Assembly: GCA_021852345.1 (NCBI GenBank)
Contig: JAJZNL010000040.1
Coordinates: 22,278 to 86,277, forward strand
Direction: 5' to 3'
From: Actinomycetes bacterium
Lineage (GTDB): Bacteria; Actinomycetota; Acidimicrobiia; Acidimicrobiales; JABEUL01
Length of the DNA: 64,000 nt
Below are positions 18,653 to 27,051 of this stretch, piece after piece (the stretch's first letter is position 1; each line of letters starts with the position of its first letter). A model generated the notes under the pieces. That model made no database searches, had not been told where the DNA came from, and worked only from the letters and a program-made list of their open reading frames with translations. The position numbers were made by a program, and so were the translations under genes.

Positions 18653-18658
18653 TTGACT
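18649..18658. repeat. Right copy of the 10-nt direct repeat TTAATTGACT
   Basis: It is identical to 17766-17775 and overlaps the stop codon of the 277-aa ORF. Confidence 0.6.
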
Positions 18659-18782
18659 ACAACTAACTTGAGGTAAAGCACTTACTAAGTTCTACTGATA
18701 CCGGCTCAACTAGTTTTAATTTTACAGAGATCAATTAAAATTTATCGGATTAAAATCGCTTAAGCCCTTAAAACAACGTGCG

Positions 18783-20180
18783 TCAAAGTGATTTAACTGC
18801 AGCTACCAGTTTCGTAAGGGAATCTTTGGCATCACCAAACAATAAAGTTGTTTTAGAGTTGTAGAGAAGCTCGTTTTCGATTCCCGCAAATCCGGGTCGC
18901 ATGGATCTTTTTAAGAATATGACTGCGTTGGCGTCGTCTACATGTAAAATCGGCATGCCGTAGATGGGCGAGCCTGGTGAGTCATGTGCGGCGGGGTTTA
19001 CAACATCATTTGCACCTACGACCAATGCTACGTCGGTGGTTGAAAATTCCGGATTGGCTTCATCCATCTCTTTTAGCTCGTCATAAGGGACGTTTGCCTC
19101 GGCCAGCAACACGTTCATATGGCCTGGCATTCTACCAGCTACTGGGTGGATTGCATAGAATACTTCAACCCCGCGCTTTTTAAGTTCGTCAGAAAGTTCG
19201 CGAATTGTGTGTTGGGCTTGAGCAACCGCCAGTCCGTAGCCGGGTACTATAACAACTTTACGTGCATATGCCAGCAATACAGCTAAATCGTCAGGCGTGG
19301 AAGATCTTACAGGTCTAACTTCGCCACCTGTTTCAGAGGCGGCAGTAACTACCGATCCAAATGCCGAAAACAGTATATTCGGTAAGGATCGACCCATTGC
19401 TTTTGACATCATTTGAGTCAAAAGAGTACCAGATGCTCCAACAAGAGTACCAGCGACTACCAACAGCGTATTATCAATGGCAAACCCTGACGCTGCAACC
19501 GCAAGTCCGGTAAATGAGTTAAGTAGAGATATCAAGACTGGGACATCTGCACCGCCAATTGGAAGTACGAATGCAACTCCAAAGATAAGGGCAAGTATGG
19601 CTATTATTAATAAAATTGAAACTGACGGTGAGAAAACAACGACAAACGCTAAAATTACGATTGCTGTAGCCACCACACCATTTATAACCTGCTGAAACGG
19701 GTATGTTATCGGTCTGCCCGTCATGAGTTCTTGGAGTTTGCCAAACGCTATTGCAGAACCTGCAATAGATACACAACCGACGATAACACCTAAGAGGACT
19801 TCAACAATTTGATAAATTGCAAATGAATGAGGATCAGGCGAGTGGATAAATTCCGAATACGATACTAGTGCAGCAGCCCCGCCGCCCACTCCGTTAAAGA
19901 TCGCAACCATTTGTGGCATGGCCGTCATTTTAACAAGGCGTGCAGCTGGTATTCCAATTACTACACCGATAACTATGGCTGCGATTATATAGATTAGGTT
20001 ATGAATCCCGTGCGTAAATGTCATACCGACAGCTATTAGCATTCCAATAGCACCAATTATATTTCCGCGCCTAGCAGATTTGGGTGAAGTTAAGCCCTTT
20101 AGTGCAAGAATAAAGCAAACTGCCGCGATTAGATAAGCTACGCGAATCGCCGTTTCGATTGTAAATTGTACTGCAAGCAT
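18783..20180 (-). CDS. pntB: NAD(P) transhydrogenase subunit beta
   Basis: 465 aa. It has a multi-TM N-terminus and a C-terminal NADP(H)-binding dIII domain with 'VVIVPGYGLAVAQAQH' and 'VVGANDVVNP'. Confidence 0.9.
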   Translation of the reverse strand: MLAVQFTIETAIRVAYLIAAVCFILALKGLTSPKSARRGNIIGAIGMLIAVGMTFTHGIHNLIYIIAAIVIGVVIGIPAARLVKMTAMPQMVAIFNGVGGGAAALVSYSEFIHSPDPHSFAIYQIVEVLLGVIVGCVSIAGSAIAFGKLQELMTGRPITYPFQQVINGVVATAIVILAFVVVFSPSVSILLIIAILALIFGVAFVLPIGGADVPVLISLLNSFTGLAVAASGFAIDNTLLVVAGTLVGASGTLLTQMMSKAMGRSLPNILFSAFGSVVTAASETGGEVRPVRSSTPDDLAVLLAYARKVVIVPGYGLAVAQAQHTIRELSDELKKRGVEVFYAIHPVAGRMPGHMNVLLAEANVPYDELKEMDEANPEFSTTDVALVVGANDVVNPAAHDSPGSPIYGMPILHVDDANAVIFLKRSMRPGFAGIENELLYNSKTTLLFGDAKDSLTKLVAAVKSL

Positions 20181-20504
20181 TTATTTACCTTCCTCGGAGG
20201 CAGACTTCGACTTGGGTTGAGATTTTTTGGTGGAAAACATTTCCAACATTCTGTCGGTTACCACAAAACCGCCAACTACGTTTAAAGTTGCCAAAAATAC
20301 TGCAATCGTTCCTAGGACAATTTGAACGGGTCCGTGAGAATTCGAAAGGATAATTATTGTACCGATTAATATGATTCCGTGTATCGCATTAGTTCCGCTC
20401 ATAAGAGGGGTATGTAATGTGGAGGGTACCTTTGAAATAACTTCATACCCGACGAAAACTGCAAGTATGAATACAGTTAGTAATCCGATTATATCTATAT
20501 TCAT
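20181..20504 (-). CDS. pntA: NAD(P) transhydrogenase subunit alpha, membrane part (PntAB)
   Basis: 107-aa three-TM protein lying between pntAA and pntB. The genes abut or overlap, forming an operon. Confidence 0.85.
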   Translation of the reverse strand: MNIDIIGLLTVFILAVFVGYEVISKVPSTLHTPLMSGTNAIHGIILIGTIIILSNSHGPVQIVLGTIAVFLATLNVVGGFVVTDRMLEMFSTKKSQPKSKSASEEGK

Positions 20505-21634
20505 TATGAATCTCCCAATAATTGCTTGGTCATTTCGTTAACGATTGACCCCTTTTGTATTACGCATGATCCACTAATTATTTCGTCTTCGAAATCTGGT
20601 TCGAATTTTGAATCTTTAGTCATAAGATTAACTAATTCGGCTACGTTTCTGGCGTACAAAAAACTGGCATGGGTCGGTAGCTGCGAAGGAACGTTCCGTG
20701 CGCCGATAATCTTTACTCCTTTGTGGGTTATTGTCTCACCTGGTTTGGAAAGTTCGCAGTTACCACCAGACTCGGCGGCCAAGTCAAACACAACGCTGCC
20801 TTCAGCCATAGCCTCCACCATATTTTGAGTGAGTAGTTTCGGAGCCGGGCGACCAGGAATGGCGGCCGTAGTAATTATTACGTTGCACTGGGCTACTTGG
20901 TCGGTCATGAGCTCCTGTTGTTTTGCTATAAACTCCGCCGACTGCTCTTTAGCATAACCTCCAGCACCCTCTTGATTTTCTAATTCCAAAACCACAAAAG
21001 TAGCACCTAAGGATTTAACTTCATCTGCAGCGGCAGATCTAACGTCGTATGCTCTTACGTTTGCACCGAGTCGACGTGCTGTTGCGATAGCCTGAAGTCC
21101 AGCTACACCCGCGCCCATAACAAATACTTTAGCGGGGGGAACGGTTCCAGCGGCAGTCATGAACATGGGGAAGAATAAAGGCAGGTTAACTGCGCAAGTG
21201 AGTGTCGCTAGGTAGCCCGATACGGTTGCTTGAGAAGAAAGTGCATCCATTGACTGAGCTCGGCTGATTCTGGGAAGAAGCTCAAAGCTGAATGCCGTCA
21301 TCGATTTTTTAGCCATTTTTCTAATGATGTCGGGATACGAACCCGGCGCTAAAAAACTTAAAGTTGTAATCGAATCAGAAATGGAATTTAATTCGTCTTC
21401 GGTGAAAGGTTGTACTTTAGCGACTATGTCAGCTCCTGACAAAGCCTCATCTCTAGTTTTGGCAATTTTAATCCCTTTATTTTGATAGGCATCATCACTA
21501 AAACCGCTTGCAAGTCCTGCACCGGATTCCATCAAAATATCAATTCCCGCAGAGGTAAGTTTGGAAGCTACATCGGGAACCATAGCTACCCTTTTTTCAA
21601 ATTCTCGCGTTTCTTTAATTATGGAAAGCTGCAT
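20504..21634 (-). CDS. pntA: NAD(P) transhydrogenase subunit alpha, soluble dI part (PntAA)
   Basis: 376 aa with an alanine-dehydrogenase/PNT fold and the Rossmann motif 'VMGAGVAGLQAIATARRLGA'. Confidence 0.9.
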   Translation of the reverse strand: MQLSIIKETREFEKRVAMVPDVASKLTSAGIDILMESGAGLASGFSDDAYQNKGIKIAKTRDEALSGADIVAKVQPFTEDELNSISDSITTLSFLAPGSYPDIIRKMAKKSMTAFSFELLPRISRAQSMDALSSQATVSGYLATLTCAVNLPLFFPMFMTAAGTVPPAKVFVMGAGVAGLQAIATARRLGANVRAYDVRSAAADEVKSLGATFVVLELENQEGAGGYAKEQSAEFIAKQQELMTDQVAQCNVIITTAAIPGRPAPKLLTQNMVEAMAEGSVVFDLAAESGGNCELSKPGETITHKGVKIIGARNVPSQLPTHASFLYARNVAELVNLMTKDSKFEPDFEDEIISGSCVIQKGSIVNEMTKQLLGDS

Positions 21635-21759
21635 TTTATTAATTTAATCAAATTCTAAGGACAGTTTTTTTAAAACCACCGAGAGTAGTTTAATAACCAC
21701 CAAATAATCCACCGAATTTATTAACCGTATAACTAATTATATTTGTTAGGTAACAGAAT

Positions 21760-23298
21760 CTATCCTATTATAACCGTTTCGTCATCTAAGCTAAACTTTT
21801 CGGGCTTAGTTGTTCGCAACAAAGTTATAGCTACTACCGCTGCAGCCAACGCAAATCCCGACGCGACAATAAAAGCTCGAGTAAATCCGTAAGTCACTGC
21901 AGTTTGAACAAATGGAATGTGCGGTATGGTTCCAGCAAAGCTATTTGAAGCCGAAGAAGAGGGTAGGTGATGTTGTGTTAGATATGAATTTATGGAACTT
22001 GTGGCATAAGAAGAAGAAACTGTAACTAGAATCGCCAAACCGAGCGATCCTCCAAGCTGTTGAGTTGTATTTAGAAGAGCTGAAGCGATACCAGCATCTG
22101 ACTTTTCGATATTCTGGATTGCCGTTAAAGTTAGGGGCACAAAAGCAAGTCCCATTCCGACTGCCATCAAAGTCATCGGATATAAGATGTTTAGGTAGCT
22201 TGCATGTATTGATATTCGCGACATTAAAAATAGCCCGATAGCCACGATTGCAGGTCCGATTGTGATTAAGATTCGCGGGTTTACCTTGCTCACCAACTTT
22301 GAAGTTACTCCCGAAATTACCACTATCAATAGGGTTACGGGTAGAAAAGCCACACCTGTCTTAAGTGGGGAATAGCCCATAATTTCTTGAATAAATTGTG
22401 CCAAGAAGTAAAACATCCCAAATAAAGCTGACCCAAGCGTTAACATTACAAGGTACGTTCCTACTCGCGTAACATTTTTAAGGATTCGAACGGGAATAAT
22501 TGGGTCTTTGTAAACAAATTCGTAAACCACAAAGGAGAAAAGTAAAATTGCCGCAATAATAAGCGATATATAAGTAACCGGTGAGGACCAAGATGTTGAA
22601 GCGGCATGCGACAGCCCGTAAACGAGCATCGCTACCCCGCCAGTTGACAGCAATGTACCGAAAAAATCTAATCTTGATTTACTTCTTTCTGGTTCGTGAA
22701 TTGCAAACGGGGTTAGAATCAGGACAATTAAACCAATTGGTACATTTATAAAAAATACCCACCGCCAAGAAAGATAACTGGTTAAAATACCACCTAGCAA
22801 TAAACCGATTGCGCTCCCACCACCGGACATTGCGGCATATGCTCCCATGGCTTTATTCCGTTGGGGTCCCTGTTTAAAAGTTGTTGTTATGAGTGACAAC
22901 GCCGTAGGCGAAGCGATCGCTCCACCGACGCCCTGAAGCGTTCTCGTAGTTATTATCCAAGCTTGGTCTTGTGCAAATCCCCCTAAAAACGACGATGTGA
23001 TAAAAATGCCTATTCCAATCATAAACATTTTTCTCTTCCCGAATACATCACCTGCTTTACCGCCCAAAAGCAATAGACCGCCGAAAGCCAATGCGTATCC
23101 GTTTATGATCCATTGCAGATTAGCTTCGCTAAATTTAAAGGTTCTTGCAATCTGTGGAAGTGCTATGTTTACGATGGTAGCATCCAATACCACTATTAAC
23201 TGCGCTAGAGATATCACCAAAAGAGCGATTTTGAGCTGCTTTGACGTTAACGGCTGATCGCGTGTTTCATTTTGAGTTACATTGTCAGTGTCGACCAA
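21760..23298 (-). CDS. MFS transporter, DHA2 (EmrB/QacA-like, 14-TMS) family
   Basis: 512 aa. It has 'LDATIVNIALP', 'GKAGDVFGRK-like GKAGDVFGKRK' and about 14 hydrophobic segments. Confidence 0.8.
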   Translation of the reverse strand: MVDTDNVTQNETRDQPLTSKQLKIALLVISLAQLIVVLDATIVNIALPQIARTFKFSEANLQWIINGYALAFGGLLLLGGKAGDVFGKRKMFMIGIGIFITSSFLGGFAQDQAWIITTRTLQGVGGAIASPTALSLITTTFKQGPQRNKAMGAYAAMSGGGSAIGLLLGGILTSYLSWRWVFFINVPIGLIVLILTPFAIHEPERSKSRLDFFGTLLSTGGVAMLVYGLSHAASTSWSSPVTYISLIIAAILLFSFVVYEFVYKDPIIPVRILKNVTRVGTYLVMLTLGSALFGMFYFLAQFIQEIMGYSPLKTGVAFLPVTLLIVVISGVTSKLVSKVNPRILITIGPAIVAIGLFLMSRISIHASYLNILYPMTLMAVGMGLAFVPLTLTAIQNIEKSDAGIASALLNTTQQLGGSLGLAILVTVSSSYATSSINSYLTQHHLPSSSASNSFAGTIPHIPFVQTAVTYGFTRAFIVASGFALAAAVVAITLLRTTKPEKFSLDDETVIIG

Positions 23299-23580
23299 TT
23301 TATTAGCTTTCGATTATAAACTATGGATTGTTTTCCAGATAAACACTGAAAAAGTTATGTGATTATTAATAACAAACTTACGACTTTAAATTAAAGTTGA
23401 ATCGATTAACAAACAACCACTATTCTATTTTATTGCTAATCTTACAGTTCAACGCAAGAAAGACGGACAAAAATAAAGTTCAGGTTTATCGCGAACAATT
23501 TACCGTATTATTTTTTAATTTAGGAATTTTAACTTCTAAAGTCATTTTGTTGATATATCTTCAAATGGCTTATTTTAGAG

Positions 23581-23655
23581 TCGGGGAAGCGGGATTCGAA
23601 CCCGCGACCTCCTGCTCCCAAAGCAGGCGCGCTAGCCAAACTGCGCTACTCCCCG
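23581..23655 (-). tRNA. tRNA-Pro (anticodon UGG)
   Basis: The reverse complement reads CGGGGAG-TA-GCGC-AGTTTGGCTA-GCGC-G-CCTGC-TTTGGGA-GCAGG-AGGTC-GCGGG-TTCGAAT-CCCGC-TTCCCCG-A. This is a full cloverleaf with TGG at positions 34-36. CCA is not encoded. Confidence 0.9.
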
Positions 23656-23812
23656 AAAATTTACAATTCAATCTTAGTTGAAGTTGCAATATTTATGAAT
23701 CTACTTTTGCTTTACTGGCAATTTAATTCGCGTAATAGTTACGAGATGAAATGAATTGGTTATTCCTAAAGGCAATTGACTTTGGTTAAACTTGTTATTT
23801 GTCGTAAGCCTT

Positions 23813-26797
23813 TTAGTAACTATTTCGGGCGAGAAGTAAGATTTCTCTGGGTTTTACCGGCGGAGAAAATAGATAACCTTGAACCACAGTACAGCCGAGA
23901 TCTCTTAAAGTTGTCAGCTGAGAATCGGTCTCAATTTTTTGTCCTATCATTTTTGTTCCAAGCTGTTTGGCCATCTGTATTATGGCGGCAACCTTGGTTT
24001 CGCTGTCCTCGTTTAATTCTTCGGATAAGAGCGATTCTTTTATCGAATCCGGGTCTATTTTAAGGGCGTCAATTCCGTAGCTCCTCTCGGTGTTGTATAT
24101 CTTGGAGTGAAGACCAAAATCGTCAACCGTTATTTTTGCTCCCAAAGACCTAAAACCATCAATATTGGCCAAAGTTTTAGAGTCATTTGATTCAAAAGCT
24201 TGCGAAGAAATCTCAAACGAAATTCTTTCAAACGGTATGCTTAGTTTTAATGCAGTTGCTTCAAAAAATTTAAATATTTCGGCATCAGATAGCGTGGCAT
24301 TAGAAATATTGATTGACATATTGAGATCTAATATACCTACAGCACGCCATTGCGCAAGCTGTTTAAGGGAATTTTCTATAACCCATTTGTCTAAAAATAC
24401 AATCGATCCTTGTTCAATGGCTGCAGCCATAAATGCTCCCGGCAGAAGTTTTCCCAATCTGGGATGGTTCCATCTTACGAATGCTTCAACGCCAACTACT
24501 TTAGCTGACTGAATTTCGATTTGAGCTTGGAATAGTAATTCTAATTGTCTTATGTCGATTTTCTCGTTAAGTTCGGCGGAAACAGGATTATCTTCATTTT
24601 CCAGTGCCATGAATTCGCCAGAAAAACTTTCGTACTTGTTTCTTCCCGAAGTCTTTGCTCTGTACATGGCTACGTCGGCTTCATGAACAAGAGCTTCAAA
24701 ATCCATGTCTACGCGATTACCGGTAGTGGCTATACCAATAGATCCCGAGGTATTGATTTGTTCATCTCCCAACGAAAATGGCGTATTGAGCGAAGTCAGT
24801 ATTCGTGTTGCAAGCCTTTCTATGAGGTTCTTGTCGATTGGCCCTGGAACGATGATTGCAAATTCGTCACCACCTAATCTTGCAACGGTATCTTGAGCCC
24901 TAACACTTTCCCGAAGTCTATTTGCTGTTTGGCAGATCAGATCATCTCCAGCGGCATGACCCAAAGTATCGTTAACTTGTTTGAACTTATCAAGATCCAC
25001 ATAAAATACGGTAACGGGCTCGCGATTTCGAGAAGTACGGGTAATATCTTGCTTTAGTCGGTCTTCGAAAAGTCTCCTATTGGGTAACCCCGTCAGTGGA
25101 TCATGCCATGCCATATGAGATATCTGTTCCAACAAAAGCGTATTTTCAAAAGCTGTTGCAGCTTGAGAACATAACCCCTTAAACCTCTCTTTGGTCAATA
25201 CATCTTGTCCTGTATTTTTATGAGTTGCCGAATTAAAGCCACATATTACGATACCGAGAGTATCACGTTGAGATGAAACCAGTGGATAATACAGTAGATT
25301 ATCAATATTCCAAATTGCAAAATTGTTTGACATATAATGAGAACCTTTTTCTACGGAGATTGAAGAAGGTTCACCAGACAAAAGTGTAGTTTTGAGATTT
25401 AGAATCAGTTCTGGTGGAAATTTAACTAGCTCAGACGGTATCTTGTCGGCAATGTTAGCATCAAAGCACCTGGTTATCTCAACAAATTCATCATTTTCTT
25501 TGTCGTAACCGAGTACAACCACTCCTGCAGCATCTAACACTGATGGTATGGTTTGAGCCAAAATCTCAGCCACTTCATCTTTTTTCTTAATTGTGGCCAA
25601 ACTGTTTCCGAAGTCAAGTAATGCTTTTGATGTTGCATCGCTCAACCTGGTCTCAGAAAGAGATGTTGCTACATCTAATGCAACGGCAGCATAGTTTGCA
25701 TAAACCAACAGAGTTCTTTTGTCATGTTCTAAAAATTTCATCGTGTCCGGGAGTAATGCCGCTAAGTAACCGTAATCATGTCGAGAAGATGAAATTTTTA
25801 CCATCATTTTACTTGGGTCAGATTCGTCAAAAGTCCCGTTTACTATCTGTCTTGCAATTGTGTTGGCCTCCGATTCCAAAAGTCCATGCCACTGTATTCT
25901 GAAGTTAATATCTAGTGATGTTTTTGCCACCAGTAAATATTTGGGTGCGTTCACGGCATTTGCGGCACGTTGAGTAATTCGTCTCAGGATAGAATCTAAG
26001 TCGTCAGACTCTAAAAGTTCAGCCGCGGTTGAATATACGGCATCCAGTCTGGAGGTGAGGGATTCTACCTGTTCTTTAAGCAATCTGTTCTCGTCTTCTG
26101 GGGTCAGGTTTAATTGAGACTGCTCTTCTGCAACTTGCTCTTCATCCCAGGCCATCGAATATAATGAAAGTTTGTCATCTACAAAGTTTGACCACTGATG
26201 TTCCTGCCATCCAATTGTGTACACGCAGTGTCGGCCGCCTCTTGCTTGGCACTCTGTTTCGGTAAGTATTGCAGGCACAAGACCGAAAATAACAGGGAAT
26301 TGACTAAGAATTCCTTGATAGAAAAGACACATCTGATAGTCGGCGTGGATGCCTCCGTTAGTTTTTATTCTCACAATAGCGTGAGCGTCTCCAACTTCTA
26401 ATGCCGTAGAGGTCGTAACGGTTGAATATTTTGGCAGTATTCCAGAGATGTTTCTTAGGGCTTCACCGACCGATGAAATAGATACAACCAAGTCTGCGAC
26501 TCCAGTAGGTTCATGCGGGAATAGATGGGCTTCCCCAATTTTTCTTCCCACTTCGGGATCGCCGATGATTTTTCTCGCTGCTTTGAAAAGTTGCGATGCT
26601 TCATCATAGGTAAGCCAGGTAGTTGGTGATTCAAGTGATGCAGCTTGTGCGGCTCCCACGTTTATCTCTTTAAAAAATGCATTTAACCCGATGTCTCCAA
26701 GGTGCGTTCTAATGTACCTGATAATCGATGCAGATACTATCCCTGACACATCATTTGACATATTAAAGCTAATATTTTGGTTCATATTGTTACTCAT
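23813..26797 (-). CDS. Sensor-GAF-GGDEF-EAL c-di-GMP turnover protein
   Basis: The GGDEF domain has 'LTGLPNRR' and 'RLGGDEFAII', with RAQD five residues upstream (I-site RxxD). The EAL-type domain has 'VEAFVRW', 'NIS', 'FEISS', 'VDDFG', 'LKID', 'GQKIET' and 'QGYLFSPP'. The N-terminal ~230 aa end in 'ECQARGGRHCVY'. The start may be ATG 26797 or TTG 26878. Confidence 0.85.
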   Translation of the reverse strand: MSNNMNQNISFNMSNDVSGIVSASIIRYIRTHLGDIGLNAFFKEINVGAAQAASLESPTTWLTYDEASQLFKAARKIIGDPEVGRKIGEAHLFPHEPTGVADLVVSISSVGEALRNISGILPKYSTVTTSTALEVGDAHAIVRIKTNGGIHADYQMCLFYQGILSQFPVIFGLVPAILTETECQARGGRHCVYTIGWQEHQWSNFVDDKLSLYSMAWDEEQVAEEQSQLNLTPEDENRLLKEQVESLTSRLDAVYSTAAELLESDDLDSILRRITQRAANAVNAPKYLLVAKTSLDINFRIQWHGLLESEANTIARQIVNGTFDESDPSKMMVKISSSRHDYGYLAALLPDTMKFLEHDKRTLLVYANYAAVALDVATSLSETRLSDATSKALLDFGNSLATIKKKDEVAEILAQTIPSVLDAAGVVVLGYDKENDEFVEITRCFDANIADKIPSELVKFPPELILNLKTTLLSGEPSSISVEKGSHYMSNNFAIWNIDNLLYYPLVSSQRDTLGIVICGFNSATHKNTGQDVLTKERFKGLCSQAATAFENTLLLEQISHMAWHDPLTGLPNRRLFEDRLKQDITRTSRNREPVTVFYVDLDKFKQVNDTLGHAAGDDLICQTANRLRESVRAQDTVARLGGDEFAIIVPGPIDKNLIERLATRILTSLNTPFSLGDEQINTSGSIGIATTGNRVDMDFEALVHEADVAMYRAKTSGRNKYESFSGEFMALENEDNPVSAELNEKIDIRQLELLFQAQIEIQSAKVVGVEAFVRWNHPRLGKLLPGAFMAAAIEQGSIVFLDKWVIENSLKQLAQWRAVGILDLNMSINISNATLSDAEIFKFFEATALKLSIPFERISFEISSQAFESNDSKTLANIDGFRSLGAKITVDDFGLHSKIYNTERSYGIDALKIDPDSIKESLLSEELNEDSETKVAAIIQMAKQLGTKMIGQKIETDSQLTTLRDLGCTVVQGYLFSPPVKPREILLLARNSY

Positions 26798-27051
26798 TTT
26801 TAGTTCCAGCTTTATATTTCGGCATGAGTGAACAGCGAGTAAATAGCCAGTATAAGTTTTGTAACGAATTAGAGACAAAAACTGTTAAAAACCAGCCAAA
26901 TAACACAATAACCCCCAGTATGAGGCCAATGTGTTCATAATTAACATATTATACCAAGACTTACAAACTTTGAAAAGTTAGCAAGCGTTTAGTATAGTTT
27001 TAATACTAAATTGAAACAAAATATAAATTAAGTTCGCTTAATTAGCGCAGA

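Noticed and set aside
23397-23681. 94-aa plus-strand ORF overlapping the tRNA-Pro gene
   Set aside because: Its C-terminal part is simply the complement of a perfect tRNA cloverleaf, and the remainder is AT-rich spacer without an RBS.
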